Positions 1-13,749 of a stretch of 64,000 nt of DNA are shown in pieces. A model generated the notes under the pieces. That model saw only the letters and a list, made by a program, of their open reading frames with translations. It ran no database searches and had not been told where the DNA came from. Origin of the DNA: Camelus ferus (lineage: Eukaryota); NCBI RefSeq assembly GCF_009834535.1, contig NC_045697.1:9798001-9862000 (forward strand), in the 5' to 3' direction. The position numbers and the translations under genes are program-made. Positions within the stretch are counted from its first letter, which is position 1; each line of letters starts with the position of its first letter.

Positions 1-59
1 GCAGATATGAGTCTATCATGGATTTTACATTCAATGAACTAAATAGACAATAAAATAAA

Positions 60-850
60 TGAATAAATTGAATCTTATAGGTTGGTGACAAGTGCTAATA
101 AGGAAATAAAGAATGGTATGGGAAGGGAGGTACCTTGGAGAGGGTGGTCCACAAAGGCCTCTATGAAGAAATTACATTTTAGATGAGACTTAAAAGATGA
201 GGAGCCAGCCATGCAGTTGGAAGAAGAGCCTGCTGGGCCAAAGAAGAATTTTGGAGTGGTTGAAGAACTGAGAGACCAGCATGCATGCAAACAATGAGAG
301 AGGGGGAGGGTGACAGAAACTGACAATAGATCATGCAGGACCTGATGGGCCAAGGCAAGGAAACCATTGAAAGATTTTAAGTAAGTGCGTGGTGAACCTG
401 AATGCAACAGTGGCTTCAGAGTGCAAGGTGGAGAAAGAATTATATGAGAGCAGGAAAGAAGCAAGAAGACCAGTTACAATGCTACTGTAATGGTCCATTT
501 GAGAAATACACTGCCAATACTGGTGGCAGTGGCAGTGTGGCAAGAGGATGGACTTGAGAGACACTTCGAAAACCATCAAGGCCATTTTGGAAAACAGTAA
601 AAAGAATCAAGGATGATTCCTAGGTTTCTGGCCTGAAGCAACAGGATAGATGATGGAGCTAAGATAGAAGAGATGAATGGAAGAAAAAAAACAGAGCAAA
701 GTTGAGTTTTTTTTGAAATTTTATGTTTGAGATGTCTATGAAACATTCAAGTGGAGCTATTAAGTAGGCAGTTGGATAAACAAGTTCATTCTTCAGAAGG
801 AGGTCCTGTACTAGTTATGTAAGTGTGAGAGTTTTCAATATATAGATGGG
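60..850 (-). mobile_element. Degenerate L2 LINE fragment
   Basis: Purine-rich antisense L2-like motifs, e.g. gaatcaaggatgattcctaggtttctggcctgaagcaacagg and gagatgtctatgaaacattcaagtggag. Boundaries approximate. Confidence 0.65.
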
Positions 851-1409
851 TGGAGATAAATTAATGCATTAAATGTACTGCTGAAATAATGTATGGAAAG
901 TAGCAGAAACATCACTTGGCATGTAGCAAATGTGTTCAAAATACATTAACTATAGGATGCTGCTTATGGTTAGAAAATTCTTCACACAGTGTAACCCAAA
1001 TCTTTTCTACTAAGGATAAACTGCTTTTTTATCATTTTCTTCTCAATAGTAATAGAGAACATTCAGTAGCCTTAATAAAGTATTTATGTATTTGGAGACT
1101 TATTTAGAATGTTTTACGTATTTATAGGTAGAAATACAAAAGAAAATACAAAAGAGAAAAGTCTACTAATATAAAAAATACATGACATATATAACAATAT
1201 ATTATATAATACAAGGTCTATTGTATACAACAGGGTAAAGTATATAACTGTACATAATTTGGTTTAAAAATATTTTTAAGAAATTGAATGGAAACATGGT
1301 TATTCATATTTTCATAGTCCTAGTACCTATATATATATATTAAAAAAATACATTCCAGAATGATGATCAATTAATTTATGACACAGTAGATTAATTACTT
1401 TTATGCTGT

Positions 1410-1630
1410 GGGAAGTATGTGGTTATGGATAAGAAAACGTGGTTTCACTTCATACACCCTGTCTCTGCTATTTACTAGCTGTGTGATCTTGGGCAAATTG
1501 TATTACCTCTTGGTTCCTCAATTTCCTCATCTGTAAAACACAATTATAATACCTATCTAGGCAGGTTGTCAAGTGAAATGGCAATAATGTGTAAAATACA
1601 CAGCACAGTGCCTAAAGTAATCAATAAATG
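1410..1630 (+). mobile_element. MIR SINE
   Basis: MIR core: tttactagctgtgtgatcttgggcaaatt...cctcaatttcctcatctgtaaaa, ending gcacagtgcct...caataaatg. Confidence 0.8.
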
Positions 1631-1642
1631 ATCCATCTATAT

Positions 1643-1820
1643 CAGTGGTTCTCAGCCTCGGATGAAAATTAGAATCACTTGAGGAGTTTTAAAAATACCA
1701 TGTCCAGGCTTCACCCAAGACAATAAAATCAGAATCTCTGAAAGTAGGGCTCAGGCCAACGATTTTTTTTTTAAAGCTCCCCGGTGATTCTAATGTGTAG
1801 CCAGGGTTGAGAACTACCAA
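1643..1820. mobile_element. MER5A-family hAT-Charlie MITE
   Basis: Imperfect terminal inverted repeats cagtggttctca...tgagaactacc; internal ttagaatcac, aatcagaatctctg, ggtgattctaatgtg. Confidence 0.8.
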
Positions 1821-2009
1821 CCTGAAATCAACAGCATATACAGTACATGAGAATATAATTTTTGTATTGAAATATGGTTGTGTAATATAGTGTGATGCCA
1901 GTTAATCAAGTGGCCCAAAGAATTTCAAAACCTGTCTGGTCTTTTAGTTTGGGGAAAAAAAAAAAAAGAGTAAATTGAAAGGAGTAGTTAAATGACAATG
2001 AAAAACAAA

Positions 2010-2240
2010 GACGAGGTCTAGCGTCTGTGGAGCGAGATTGTCTGCACTCCGTTCCCAACTCCGCCACTTAGTAGCTTTGTAACTTCAGGCAAACTATTCA
2101 ACTCGTGTTTCCTCACTTGTCAAATAGGGATAATGGCAGCGCCTGCCCCTCATTGTGTTGCTAGATCACTGGATGATGTAATACTTGTAAAATGCTTAGA
2201 ACAATGCCTGGCATATAGTAAGCACTAAGTATTTGTTTAA
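2010..2240 (+). mobile_element. MIR SINE
   Basis: ccacttagtagctttgtaacttcaggcaa...cttgtaaaatgcttagaacaatgcctggcatatagtaagcact. Confidence 0.75.
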
Positions 2241-3479
2241 AAAAATCCTTGGATGAAAATATTTGGGATGATATAATGCTAACCATTAATACTGAATCTT
2301 GGTAACATACTTTTGCATTAAATTAGAACTGTAAACGGGTGCTATACAAAAGTTCTGGGGTGACTGCTAAAAAATTCTTTATATCTCATATCAAAGATCA
2401 AACTGATCCTCAGTTCATACCAGCTATTGTTAATATTGCCAGGACACACATGAAACACCATGGAATATGTTAATAGTGTATCCACTATCCCTGAAGCCAT
2501 GAAGCTCAAATATTATCAGATGAACTGCAGAGAATGTTTTAAACAAGATTGCCATGTACAGGTGCTATGTTGGGTTAGGTCCTGGAGGTGGATTTTCAGT
2601 GATTTTCCTCTTTATCATGCCTAGTTTGGACCTTGCCACCTTCTCCAGCCTTGTTCTAATGGCCTCATCTCATACCCCTGCCCGATCCGGGCATGCTTCC
2701 CTCCACCTCCTCCAAGTCCTACTGCTTCCTCCTCCAATCCTTTGCTATTCTTGCTGCTGATCCCTCTTCCTGGTATATTCTTCTCATTTTACTCTCACCG
2801 TCCCACCCCAAACCTACACAATTTTTCAGACTCAGTTCAAGTACTAACCTCTACTCTGTAAGCCTTTCCTAGTGCCCCAGATTGAGGCAAGCATTCCCGC
2901 TTTCATAGCTGCTTATACCATGAACAGAAGGCCACTTTTAAAGCCATGTTTGAATCTTCCTTATAAAGGTCAAGAACACTGGTCTTACTTATTTACATAC
3001 ATATTTATTTAATCATCAACACCTGGCATAGAATCTGGCTACTTTAACTTCATTGACTTAGAGAATGGAAGGAAGGGAGAGAGAAAACAAGGAAGGAATG
3101 GTACCCCCTTGTGTGGTGTTGACTGCGAGAGGGGTGTCATCGGTGGGCATGAATGAAGCAATGGGAATCTATGGCTGCTGGTTTCAGTAAGAGCAACAGG
3201 AAAACCACCCAAGCACAAATCCATGGGTCTGTCACATCTCTGCTGCATAGAGAGACATTGCTCCAATTCAGTGAGACTCTAAGCTCTGAGATAAGAGGGA
3301 CAAGTAACTCTCAAAGCTACACAAGAGAGAACTAACTCATTTACAAACATTGTTAATTCTCTAGCTCTCCATTTCCCTAAATTTACTCCCATCTTTGGGA
3401 GATTATCTAAAGTCCCACCACTTCTTGGAAGTCTTTTCCAATTTGGGGAGACAAAGTCATGAGACACAACATTTTTAGC

Positions 3480-3680
3480 ACAGTGGATTAAGATCAGGAT
3501 CCCTGGGATTCTGGTTCTACCATTAACTCTGTGGTTTTAGGCAAATTACTTAACACTTCTGTGCCTCTGTTCACTTGCTTGTAATATGAAGACAATAATA
3601 GCATTTATCATAGAGCTGTGAAGTGGATTAAATGTTTAGAACAGCACCTTGCATGTAGAGAGTACTAAATACATGGTAAT
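3480..3680 (+). mobile_element. MIR SINE
   Basis: cagtggattaag...ggcaaattacttaacacttctgtgcctctgtt...ttagaacagcacc. Confidence 0.7.
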
Positions 3681-6105
3681 ATCTAACATAAAATTGTAAT
3701 AGTTACTATTATGCATTAGTTAATACTATAGACAATAACTACCAAATTCCCTTCCTTAAACAGGAAGAATGTAGGTGTTTCTGTTTTAATTATCATAACA
3801 TTGCTTATTCCAGAAGGGACTAAATCTATTGGTCACACTGAGGATACACTTTCACCTTCTATATAAATAAACATGTCTACAACTAACTTACAAAGCACGG
3901 GAATCTCACTTAAAAATCCTCTGTGGAATTTGCTGCTTCGGAGTCCATTAGCAATGGTTAAACTTGGCAAGATAACCAATCTTGTACAATGACAGAGAAA
4001 TGACAGGCCAACCTTGCCTAAGACTCATACAATTCCAACAAGGCAGTATCTGTTGGAGGGACCGGCACATTTTTTTATCTAAACTGAAATGAGCTGAGCA
4101 CAAGTATAAAGCTTATTATCAATCTTATTTTCAGTTCCTTTGAAATCTTTCATGAGTCTCTCCTATCTAAGAACACCAGCCATCAAAACAGGGTCTGTGT
4201 GTGGTAGGGGATTAGGTCAGACAAATGCTTTATAGAAATTCAGTATCCATCCTTCTCTTCTCCATTCTCCTGGCAAGAGGGCAAATTTTATCTTCCTTAG
4301 TGAGTGAACCACAGAAGGCTGTAAAAAGGCTGGTCCCTGACACTATGCCTAAGGACAGGTTCCAGGGTATGTCCCCAGCAAGAGTGAATAGATAAGTCAA
4401 TAGTTTATCTTTCATTTATCCTTACAATCAATACACCAAACATTTTTTTCATGTGAGCTGTGCCTAAATGCTGAGGATTCAGGATTATTATTAAACGAGG
4501 CTATTCACATTCACATTCAAATTAGCATTCACAAGTTGGACCCACAGACATCTTATAGTCTTACCAGAATGAAGTTCTTAAGCCCCTCAAGGAAACATGT
4601 CCAACTAGTCAAAAAGACTTTTTGGCTTTTTCCACAGCCCCTCTCTCCAGCCACCAGCCTCAGCATTCTATTTTCTTGAGCAAAAGGACAGACAATTGGA
4701 CTCACAGGGAGCAAGACTGAGAGAGAACACAGGGTTTGTATAACTTAGAAGATGGTGATTTTGCTTGGTTTTTCCACTTACTAGCTGTGTGTCCTGTGAA
4801 TTTGTTTAACTTTAACTTTCATGTACTCAATAATAAGATTTTATTATTAAATCTTATTTTAATGATGATGGCCCTCCTTCCATCTCACAAAGTCACTTAG
4901 AGGATATTAGAATTGACTATGAAAGCAACTTTAGACTGTCAAGTACAAAGCAGATGTCACTCTGACTCTATTCATCCAAAGCATGGGAGTTAGACCTGCT
5001 GAGTTCAAATCCAAATTCCCATTCACTAATTGTGACCTTGAACAAGTTCATGCTTCCATTTCCTCAGTCATAAACTATGAAATGGAGGGGTATCTGTGTG
5101 GCACTTAAAACAACGACTAGAACCTGGAAAACATTCACAAAAGTCAGGAGATGATTCAGCAAGGGCTTTTTTAAGTGGCCACTCTTGGACTATGTATGAG
5201 CTTTGAGGATGCTGAGCAACAGACAAGACCTAGTTCCTGCCTTTGGAAGTCACACAGACTTGTGAAGGGTGGGCGCCGAGGTAAACAAGTGTTCTGACGG
5301 AGACACAATGTGGTAAAGCACAGGGCACAGATCCATTCCTAACGCCCTTCCCATTCCTTCTGCCCTTCCTCTGCTTCCCTGCTCTTCCCAGACAAATTTC
5401 CCTAATAACCGCAGCGACTTTCATTGTTCAGCTATCAACTGTGCACCAACAGAGCTAAGACCCACAGCCCAGAACTCTACCCTTACTGTAGGATTTCCCC
5501 ACATAGCTTATTCCCTTCCCCCACTCCTGAACCTACACCTCTTTCAACTAATTCCTCAACCTAATCAATGACCAAACCATGATAATTCTATAAGAGAAAT
5601 ATTATTCCCCTCTTCTCAACCCCTATACACATCTACCGCATTCATCTTCACTCTTGCCGGAGCATCCTACGCATCTCTGGACCTCCAGTCTAAATCTCCC
5701 TACCCGCCACTTATTCCCCATTCAGCCCCCTGAGCTCTTCTAAAGCTTATATCTGTTCACAACAGTCCGTCTGGTAAACTTCCAGTGCCTTCCCATTGCC
5801 AACTCAATAGCCTCTTCTTAGGCCTACATGACACTCAGCTCAAATCTCAGGCTCCTTTCTCTTTTTAGGCACACCTCTCAGACCTCAACAAAAAGAAAAC
5901 TCCATGTACCTTTCCTGACCACACATGTGCCTTCTACTCCTCTGCACTTTTGCTCTTGTTGTCTCAAATGTCCTACCTGCCACCTCCTCATCCACGAACC
6001 TTCTTTCTCATCCTTCAGTTTCCAGCTCCAGCGGCACTGTGAGTGCATATAGCTCAGGATTCATCAGGATTTCTTGTTCTTTCACCTAGATTTACACATA
6101 CCCTA

Positions 6106-6186
6106 TAGGTTGAACCGTATGATTTACTATATTTTTTGGTAGGTCAAACATGGTCAAATGATAGTAATTTCAAATAATTCAACCTA
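6106..6186. mobile_element. MADE2-like Tc1/mariner MITE (~80 bp) with TA target duplication
   Basis: TA-taggttgaacc...ttcaaccta-TA inverted termini; central taggtcaaacatggtc matches the recalled MADE2 core. Confidence 0.8.
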
Positions 6187-7449
6187 TAACTTAGTATGTT
6201 CCTCTTATACCATTTATCCTGCCTCAGTAGACTTCTTTGTTTAAGGGTACTCCTCATGTAACCTGTTCTCTTCATCTCTGCATGCCCGGGGCCTAGCAGT
6301 GATGGACAAGAAGTAGATGTTCAAAAATGCTTGTAGAATTCAAGATAATTGCTATGTATGGATCTTAATACTTTGCTGAGTTCCCTTAAATATAGGTCAC
6401 AATCTTTCTCTCATTTTTCTGGGGTCTGACAATGGTAAAACTAGTCACCTAGGGCTGTCTTCTGAAGTCAAGAGTGTAGGCATCCTTTCTTTATTGCCAT
6501 CAGGACCTCACTCTCTCTACTCACCAATTAACAATTACCTAACCTAGATAGGGAAATCTTTTCTTTAAAGCAGCAAGCATGTAATTTACAATGTTAACCA
6601 TTCAGGACCTTCATTCATTCACTCAAGTATGGGGATGTGATTGGCACTGGGAAGATAGCAGTAAATAAGGTAACCAGAGATGATGAATTTGAGTGCCCTT
6701 TTTCTTTGATCTGGTCTTCAAATATTTTTCCTGGAGAATCATCTGATGATATTTTGAACATTTAAACACAATATCTGAAGTTTAAAATGTCTTGTACACT
6801 TTGAACTATCTAAAAATTTTTATCACAAGTTGAAATTGTTACAAAGGATGTAATTCTCAACATGCATTTAATATTGTCACTTTAAATATAGTTACTACAT
6901 CATTTTAAATGTATGTGATGAAATATGAATATTATAACAATTTAATACCCATGATCAGGCATTGAAAAATGTATGAAAAAGTATTTTGTAAAATTTGGAA
7001 ATTTTAGACCTTTCTTTTCTCTCTTTGAACTCACATTTCCAGTATACTTTCTCCCTGGATTTTGTATGTATATATGAAATCAAAACTGTGGTTCTACATA
7101 TTTAGGCCAGTTTATGGAAATGTCCATGGCAGGACAATGAGCCAAATTAGATTTTTTTTTCAAAAAAATTCTTCCTTTATTATTTCAATTCAAATAGATA
7201 TGTTAATAAGCATTATAAGAAATATTATAAAAACTATGAGAAATAAGTTACAAAATGAATCCTGTAAGACATTATGAAAAGTAGTCAAGATTAAAATAAT
7301 ATAGATCTAATATGAATAATTAATTCATTTTCATAAATTATAAAAAGAAGATAAATCAATATGCTAGTTCTCATTAACTAATTTGTAATAAAGCAATGAA
7401 GGTACAGTTTATGAAATAATGATGTTATCATTCCTCTAATAAGATGTGT

Positions 7450-9110
7450 GACTCTGTCTAGTCAAAAGGCAAAGAATGATCAAATGAAGCAAACATGACC
7501 CAACTGTATGCCATCTACATGAGACATACTGGATTCAAAGACACTAGAAAGCTGAAAGTAAAAGAATAGAAAGATATATACTGTACAAACAGTATCCAAA
7601 AGAGAGCTGGAGTGGCTATCCTAATATGAGGCAAAATAGACTTAAAGACAACATTTGTTACTGGAAACAAAAGAGGACACAATAATAAAAGGGTCAGTCC
7701 ATCAAGAAGACAAAATAAGTATAAGCATAATGTATCCAACAACAGAGCCCCCCAAAATATGAAGTAAAATATGTAAATGAAAAGGAGAATTTGAAAACTT
7801 CAATCCCCCACAATGTGGCAACTAGGCAGAAGATCAACAAGAAAACAGAAAACATGAACACTATAAACCAGCTAAATGTAACAGACATTTATAGAACATG
7901 CCAACAACAACAGGCAGAATATCCATTCTTCTCAAGTGCACATGGGACATTTTCCAGGATATGTTAGGAGTATATGTTAGGAGACCATAAAACAAACCTT
8001 AATACATTTGAAGGCATTTAAATTATACGAAGTATGTTCTATGGCCATAATGAAATGGAATGAAATTCACAGATATGTGAAAACTAAACAGAACTCTCTT
8101 AAATAAAAAATGAGTCAATAAAGAAATCACAAATATTTCATAATTTGAGATAAATGAAAACAAAAACACAACAAACCAAAGCTCTCGAGATGCAGCTAAA
8201 ATGGCAATCAGAGGGGAACTTATAGTTAAAATGCTTATATTTATAAAAATAATAAAGGTCTCAAATCAATAAACTGAACTTGTACTTTAAGAAACTAGAA
8301 AAAGAATAATAAACTAAAATGAAAGCAAGCAGATGGAAAAAATAATAAAGATTACAGTGCAAATAAATAAAATACAGAATAGAAATAATAGTGAACAACA
8401 ATGAAATCAAAAGATCAACAAAATTAACCTTTAGCTAGGCTGACCAAGTAACTTGAAAGGACTCAAATTACTGAAATCAGGAATAAAAGAGGGGACCTCG
8501 GTACCACCCTCACCGAAATAAAAAGGATTGTAAGAGAATACTGTGAATAGTCACACACCACCAAATTAGACAGCCTAGCAGAAATGGACAAATTCTCAGA
8601 AAAATACTAGCAATTGAAACTGAAAATAAGAAAACATTCAAAAAATCTGAATAGACTTATAACAAGTAAAGAGATTTAGTAAGCAATTTTAAAACTTCCC
8701 ACAAAGAAAAGTCTAGGTCTAGGTGGCTTTACTAGTGAATTCTACCACACATTTAAAGAATAATTAATATCACTCCTTCACATACTCCTACAAAAAATTA
8801 GAAGAGGAAGGAATGCTTCTCTACTCATTCTATGAGACCAGTATTACCTTGATACCAAAATCAGACAAAGACATGAGAAAAAAACTACAGATCATTCCCT
8901 GTGAATATAGATGCAAATATCCTCAACAAAATCCAAATCCAGCAATGTGTACACACACACACACATATATATGATTACACACAATGACCAAGAGGAATTT
9001 TTTCCCAGAAATGCAAGATTGGTTTAACATCTGAAAATCAGTCAATGCAATACACTATATTAATAGAATAAACCACAGCAACCACAATGATCTCAATAGA
9101 TGCAGCAAAT
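7450..9110 (+). mobile_element. Decayed L1 ORF2 fragment (endonuclease through start of RT region)
   Basis: A-rich strand with L1 ORF2 motifs: aaacatgacccaactgtatgccatctacatgagaca, cattcttctcaagtgcacatgggacatt, gaaatggacaaattc, cattctatgagaccagtattaccttgataccaaaa, atctcaatagatgcag. Many stops and frameshifts. Confidence 0.9.
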
Positions 9111-9129
9111 TCAGTAATAACTTTTCCAT

Positions 9130-9300
9130 CGATTACATGATGAAATGATAATATTTTGCATATATTGAGTTAAAGAAAATATATTACTCAAGTTAACTTC
9201 ACCTGCTTCTATTTCCTTTTTAAAATGTGGTTTCTAGGAGGTTTCACATTACATATGTAGCTTGCATTTCTGGCTACATTATACTTCTACTGGACTGAGA
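9130..9300. mobile_element. MER33/MER3-like hAT-Charlie remnant
   Basis: gaaatgataatattttgcatatattgagttaaa...aaaatgtggtttctagga...acattacatatgtagct...ttctactggac. Confidence 0.65.
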
Positions 9301-12229
9301 TGGTCTGAATGTATCCTAGTTTCAAGACCAGTGGTCTCATGACATGGGGTGTTTTTCACACATAGTTCCTTATGTTATTTATGAGGAGAAAACTGAGACT
9401 GAGAATGGTTAACCTGCCCAGGTTAACACGCTCCACCCTAGATGTCAGAACTGGGATTGGAATTCAGCTCTGCCCGTAAAGCCAGAGTTTGCCCTATTTA
9501 CATCACTGGTTTTCCTGAGGGATTAAACAGTCATCGAAGGTGTTTAATATTTAACTTTTAGAATTTCTTTCTTCCTTTCAAATGTAGGCAGAATTTAGCC
9601 TCCTCTCCTTTCTCATTTTTCATTTGGATTTATCCTTCCATTACTGTTAATGGAATTTTACTACCATGATCGCCATCTATTTTCATGTTTTGGGTAATAT
9701 TTTATTTTGTTTTGTTTTGTTTTTGTTTTTGTTATCCACCCCTCAGGACTACCTCCGTGTTCTTCTCACTGGCCTTCTAGTCTACTGTTTACCTTAAACT
9801 GCATGGCAGGTGATAGCTAAGATTGTTTGTTTAAACATCTTTTCTGTGTCAAACATTATTGAAGGCTTTCCACTTAAAATATTGCTAATCATCTTCAAAA
9901 CAACCCCCACCTCACAGATGACGGTTGTTGCTTCCTTCACTTCAAAGATGAGAAAACTGAGGTTCCCAAAGCTTAACTGCAAAGTTACACAGTAACAGAA
10001 GGAGCTGGGACTAAAAGCCAGGTCTCTGACTTCATCACCCCTCTGTGTCCATCATACCCCTCCTCCATGTCCCTGAATGTGAGTTAAATATAGGTCAACC
10101 TAAAACATTAGCATTTTTGTATATATGATTTATGCCTTTATGAAAATTTTCTAAAGTTTTTTTCCATAAAAGTTTGCATGCATTTTTTTCTATTGAAAGT
10201 TGACATCTATTTTTCTTCATATTATTATGGGTTATGTTTTGCAAACTCAATACAATGATCTAAAGTTATAAATGAAATTTGGATACAAGGTGACCATAAA
10301 GTCCTTGACTCTTATGTAAAGAGCCATGCACAAGGTAGACAGTGAGTACAAGTGAACTGATAGCAATGAAGTTGCTGGACAAACCTGGACTAAAATCAAA
10401 TATCCCCCTTTCCTCAGAATGCTTTCCAAGCACTGTCTTTACATTTAATCATCCTTTGCACAAAGGCTGGTATCAATGAGTCCCATCAAGTAAAACTTCT
10501 GTTTTTCTTTTTTACTGAACGTTCACAGTCTTCAAAATAAACATTTATAACTCTTAATTTTCTTTATAAGATGCTGAAAATATTAATATCAAATTTGATA
10601 GATGGGCTAAATATTTAGTGTTTAGTCAAAATCACCTTTACTTTTCTCTGCATAGAATAATTTATCAGTAGAAAGAGTTAGCCTTCTAGAATGTGAAAGC
10701 AAAGAATTAAACACAGTGCCTCCAATATATACTGCCAGGCCACATTCTTTTAATAGGAGAAAAATGAGTTAAGCACATTTGAGAACTATTTCTGAATTTT
10801 CATGGGATATGAATTTTGAAAATAAGAATCTTTCACTCTGAGGGCAGGACTGTCAATTGTTATTCATTTAATTAGGTGTTACTGAGAACACTTCAAGGGT
10901 CAGCCTTTCCAACGCTTATCCTTTGGTAGAATAGCAACTGATGATTTTAGGGCCTGTCACCGCGGCTCTGTTTTGCTCAAATATGTTGCATGTTTCGTGT
11001 GATAGCCTGATGTCCAACCAATGGGGCAGGAGACTGAGAAATGGGGAGGGGGGGCAGGGGCATTAAGCCCAGGCTATACACACTACCTGAGGCAAATTAT
11101 TTTATTTCTGGGTTTTAGTTTTCCAACTTTATGTAAAATAGGAATAATATTTGCTTTTGCTTTATCTACTCACAAAATGTATTGGGACAAGTAAGGGAGA
11201 TAACAAAAGAAAATAGCTTTGCAAGCCAGGATTACAGTGTGTTTCAGTGTGTGATTTCTCCTGCCTTCCTGCTGAATTTGCCTTACCTCAGTACAGGAGA
11301 TGCATCCCAGGGCTCCGCCCATGACCAGCCGAGCAAGGCTATGTTACAGCACGTGAGACTCCAATTTAGTAGGTCAGTTTCAGCCTAGAAGCTCACTGTT
11401 CATGAATCTGTTGAGATAATGAGGGCTGGGAATTATTATAACTAGTATCAGCAGCAAACATCTATCTGCAGCCTCTCTGACTATGTACAGAATAGTGTAT
11501 GTCTTCTGTTCTGTTCATGGTTGTATTCCCAGTGCCTGGCACAGTGTCTGGCCCATAGTAGACACTCGATAAACAGTGAGTACAAAAATGAGTCAAGAAG
11601 AACTAGGAAAACAAAGAAATACACAAGGCATAGCCACTCCCTCCAAAGATTTATGATATAGTCAAGTTGACTGGGCCTAAAGAGAAAAAGGCAGAAGCGG
11701 TGGAACAGTTAAGTCAGTCTACATAAATGCCCTAGAGCATCACGCAGGAATTACCGGAGGGGTGAAGGCTTCTCTCCTCGGTGGGAGCACTGGTGTTGAA
11801 TGACAAACCTCCCAGGCTTCACAAAGGGTAACACCACCTGGAAGACCTTTTATTGTGCTTGGGGGCTGTACTATATCAGCAGGGGGAGATTTTAGATACT
11901 TTCCTTTGTCAGTGAGTTCATTCTGGACAGGGCGCAAAATAAGCAGAATGAAGTTTGTAATAACAAGGATGCAGCTTTCAGTTTGGTATTGCCAAAGAAA
12001 ATGCTGGGAAGGGGAGTGAGATTTTTTTCGCAATTGGTTATGGTCTGTTCATTTTATTTTTATTTTTTACCTCCAGCAAACATAACTCAATAATGCTACA
12101 GTTCTCTAGAAAATGGCACATCTCCTTTTCAGAGTGCTTTGGAGACATTTTCCTCTTTCCCTCCTCCTGTCCCTCCTTGCCTTCCTTCCTTTTTCCTCTC
12201 CTTTTCATCTTTCCTTCCTATAGCATTAA

Positions 12230-13250
12230 TCGGGCAGTTAATAATCAATAAAAACTTACTGGGAATTGTGTTCCAGGTAATATGACAAGCAAAAAAGATG
12301 CAGAATTATGTATAGGAAATCCATGACTTATAGGAACTCACAGTTTAAAAGGGGGAAATGGCCAAGGAAACATAATCACATCCACGTGACACATGTTATA
12401 ACAATAAAAAAATTTTATTATGACAATGTCAGGAGCATAGAGGGTTCAACTGACTGTCCAGGAGGAGTGAAGAAAGGCTATGGCATTTGAATTGGGTCTT
12501 GAAACAAAAGGAAGCATTAGCTGATGAAAAGAGGTGAGGTATTCCAGGAAGTAGAAACATCATGTGCAAAAGCTCAGAGTTAGGAAATGACGTGGCTGAT
12601 TGAGAGAATCTAGTAGTGTGAGGAGTGACAGGTGATAAAGCCAAAGTGGCAAGTTGCAAATAAGTTCTGAAGGGTCTGGTCTGTTAGCAAGTTTGGATTT
12701 GATCCTGTGGAAGTTAGGGAACGGTTATTGACAAGGACAGTATAACAGAATCACAGCTGTTTTTTTGAGATTATTAAAGGGAAGATTCAGAAGTGGAACT
12801 GGGACGGAAGCCAGCTAAGGGGCTGTACAGTAGGGCAGGACAGAGAAAAGATTCAGAGCTAAGACATGGGGAGGGGCGAGGGACTAAGGAGGACTAACTT
12901 TGAGTAATATTTCTGCACGAGAATTGACAGAGTATGGCAACCAGTTGTTTTCGAAGGGTGAGAGAGTGGGAAGAAGAGGATAACTCAAGTTTCCAGCTTG
13001 AGAAACTGGTCATGTGATGATGCTATCGGGTAGGCAGAGAGCAAAAGAGGACAAGTGGGTTTGGCGGAAGATGGTAAGTTCAGGTATCGACACACTGAAC
13101 TCATGTGTCTGAGATAGATGATATCTGAAAACATGACAGTGGATAAAGTCACCTAGAAAAAGTATACATAAGTGGAGAAAAGGACCAAGAATATAAGCGA
13201 AGGAACTCCAACAGAAAAGGGATATGTAAAGACTAACCCAAAGCCAGGAC
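12230..13250 (-). mobile_element. L2 LINE fragment
   Basis: Antisense L2-like motifs: attccaggaagtagaaacatcatgtgcaaaagctcagag, tttggatttgatcctgtgga, caagtttccagcttgagaaactgg. Confidence 0.65.
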
Positions 13251-13749
13251 TAACGATGAATCCCTTCCCATCTGCGGGGTCAGTCATATAGGCGGGGCAG
13301 CAGGAAGAAACCAGCACCACAGAGGCGCAGCATCAAGCTGGCCTCACTGCCATGCTGCCTGACTGGTTCTCTGTTTCTATGAACTGGAGTCTTGATTCCC
13401 TGTCTTTGCTCAAGTTCCTATAATGAACCCGTGTTTTATTCTCTTTCCTCAGTATCCCAGTCCCTGCAGCCTGAGTCCTTCCTTAGGTTCCTAAGACAGA
13501 AGTCTTGCCTCTTGGCATCCAGGTTTATTTATTCCCTGGTGTTAAAATCCTGAGATGCCCCGTCTGTCCTCACTCACATACCCTGTTGATACCTAGAACT
13601 CTCTGGGCTTGCTTATAATCCCTAGGGGCATCTGGGTTGTGTTTGGGTAGCTCTTGCTAACAAGCAATGACAGACTCTCATATTACTACAGTACAATACA
13701 CTTACAGCTATTATTTCCTAAAACTGCTATTCGTTAATTCCACAATGCC

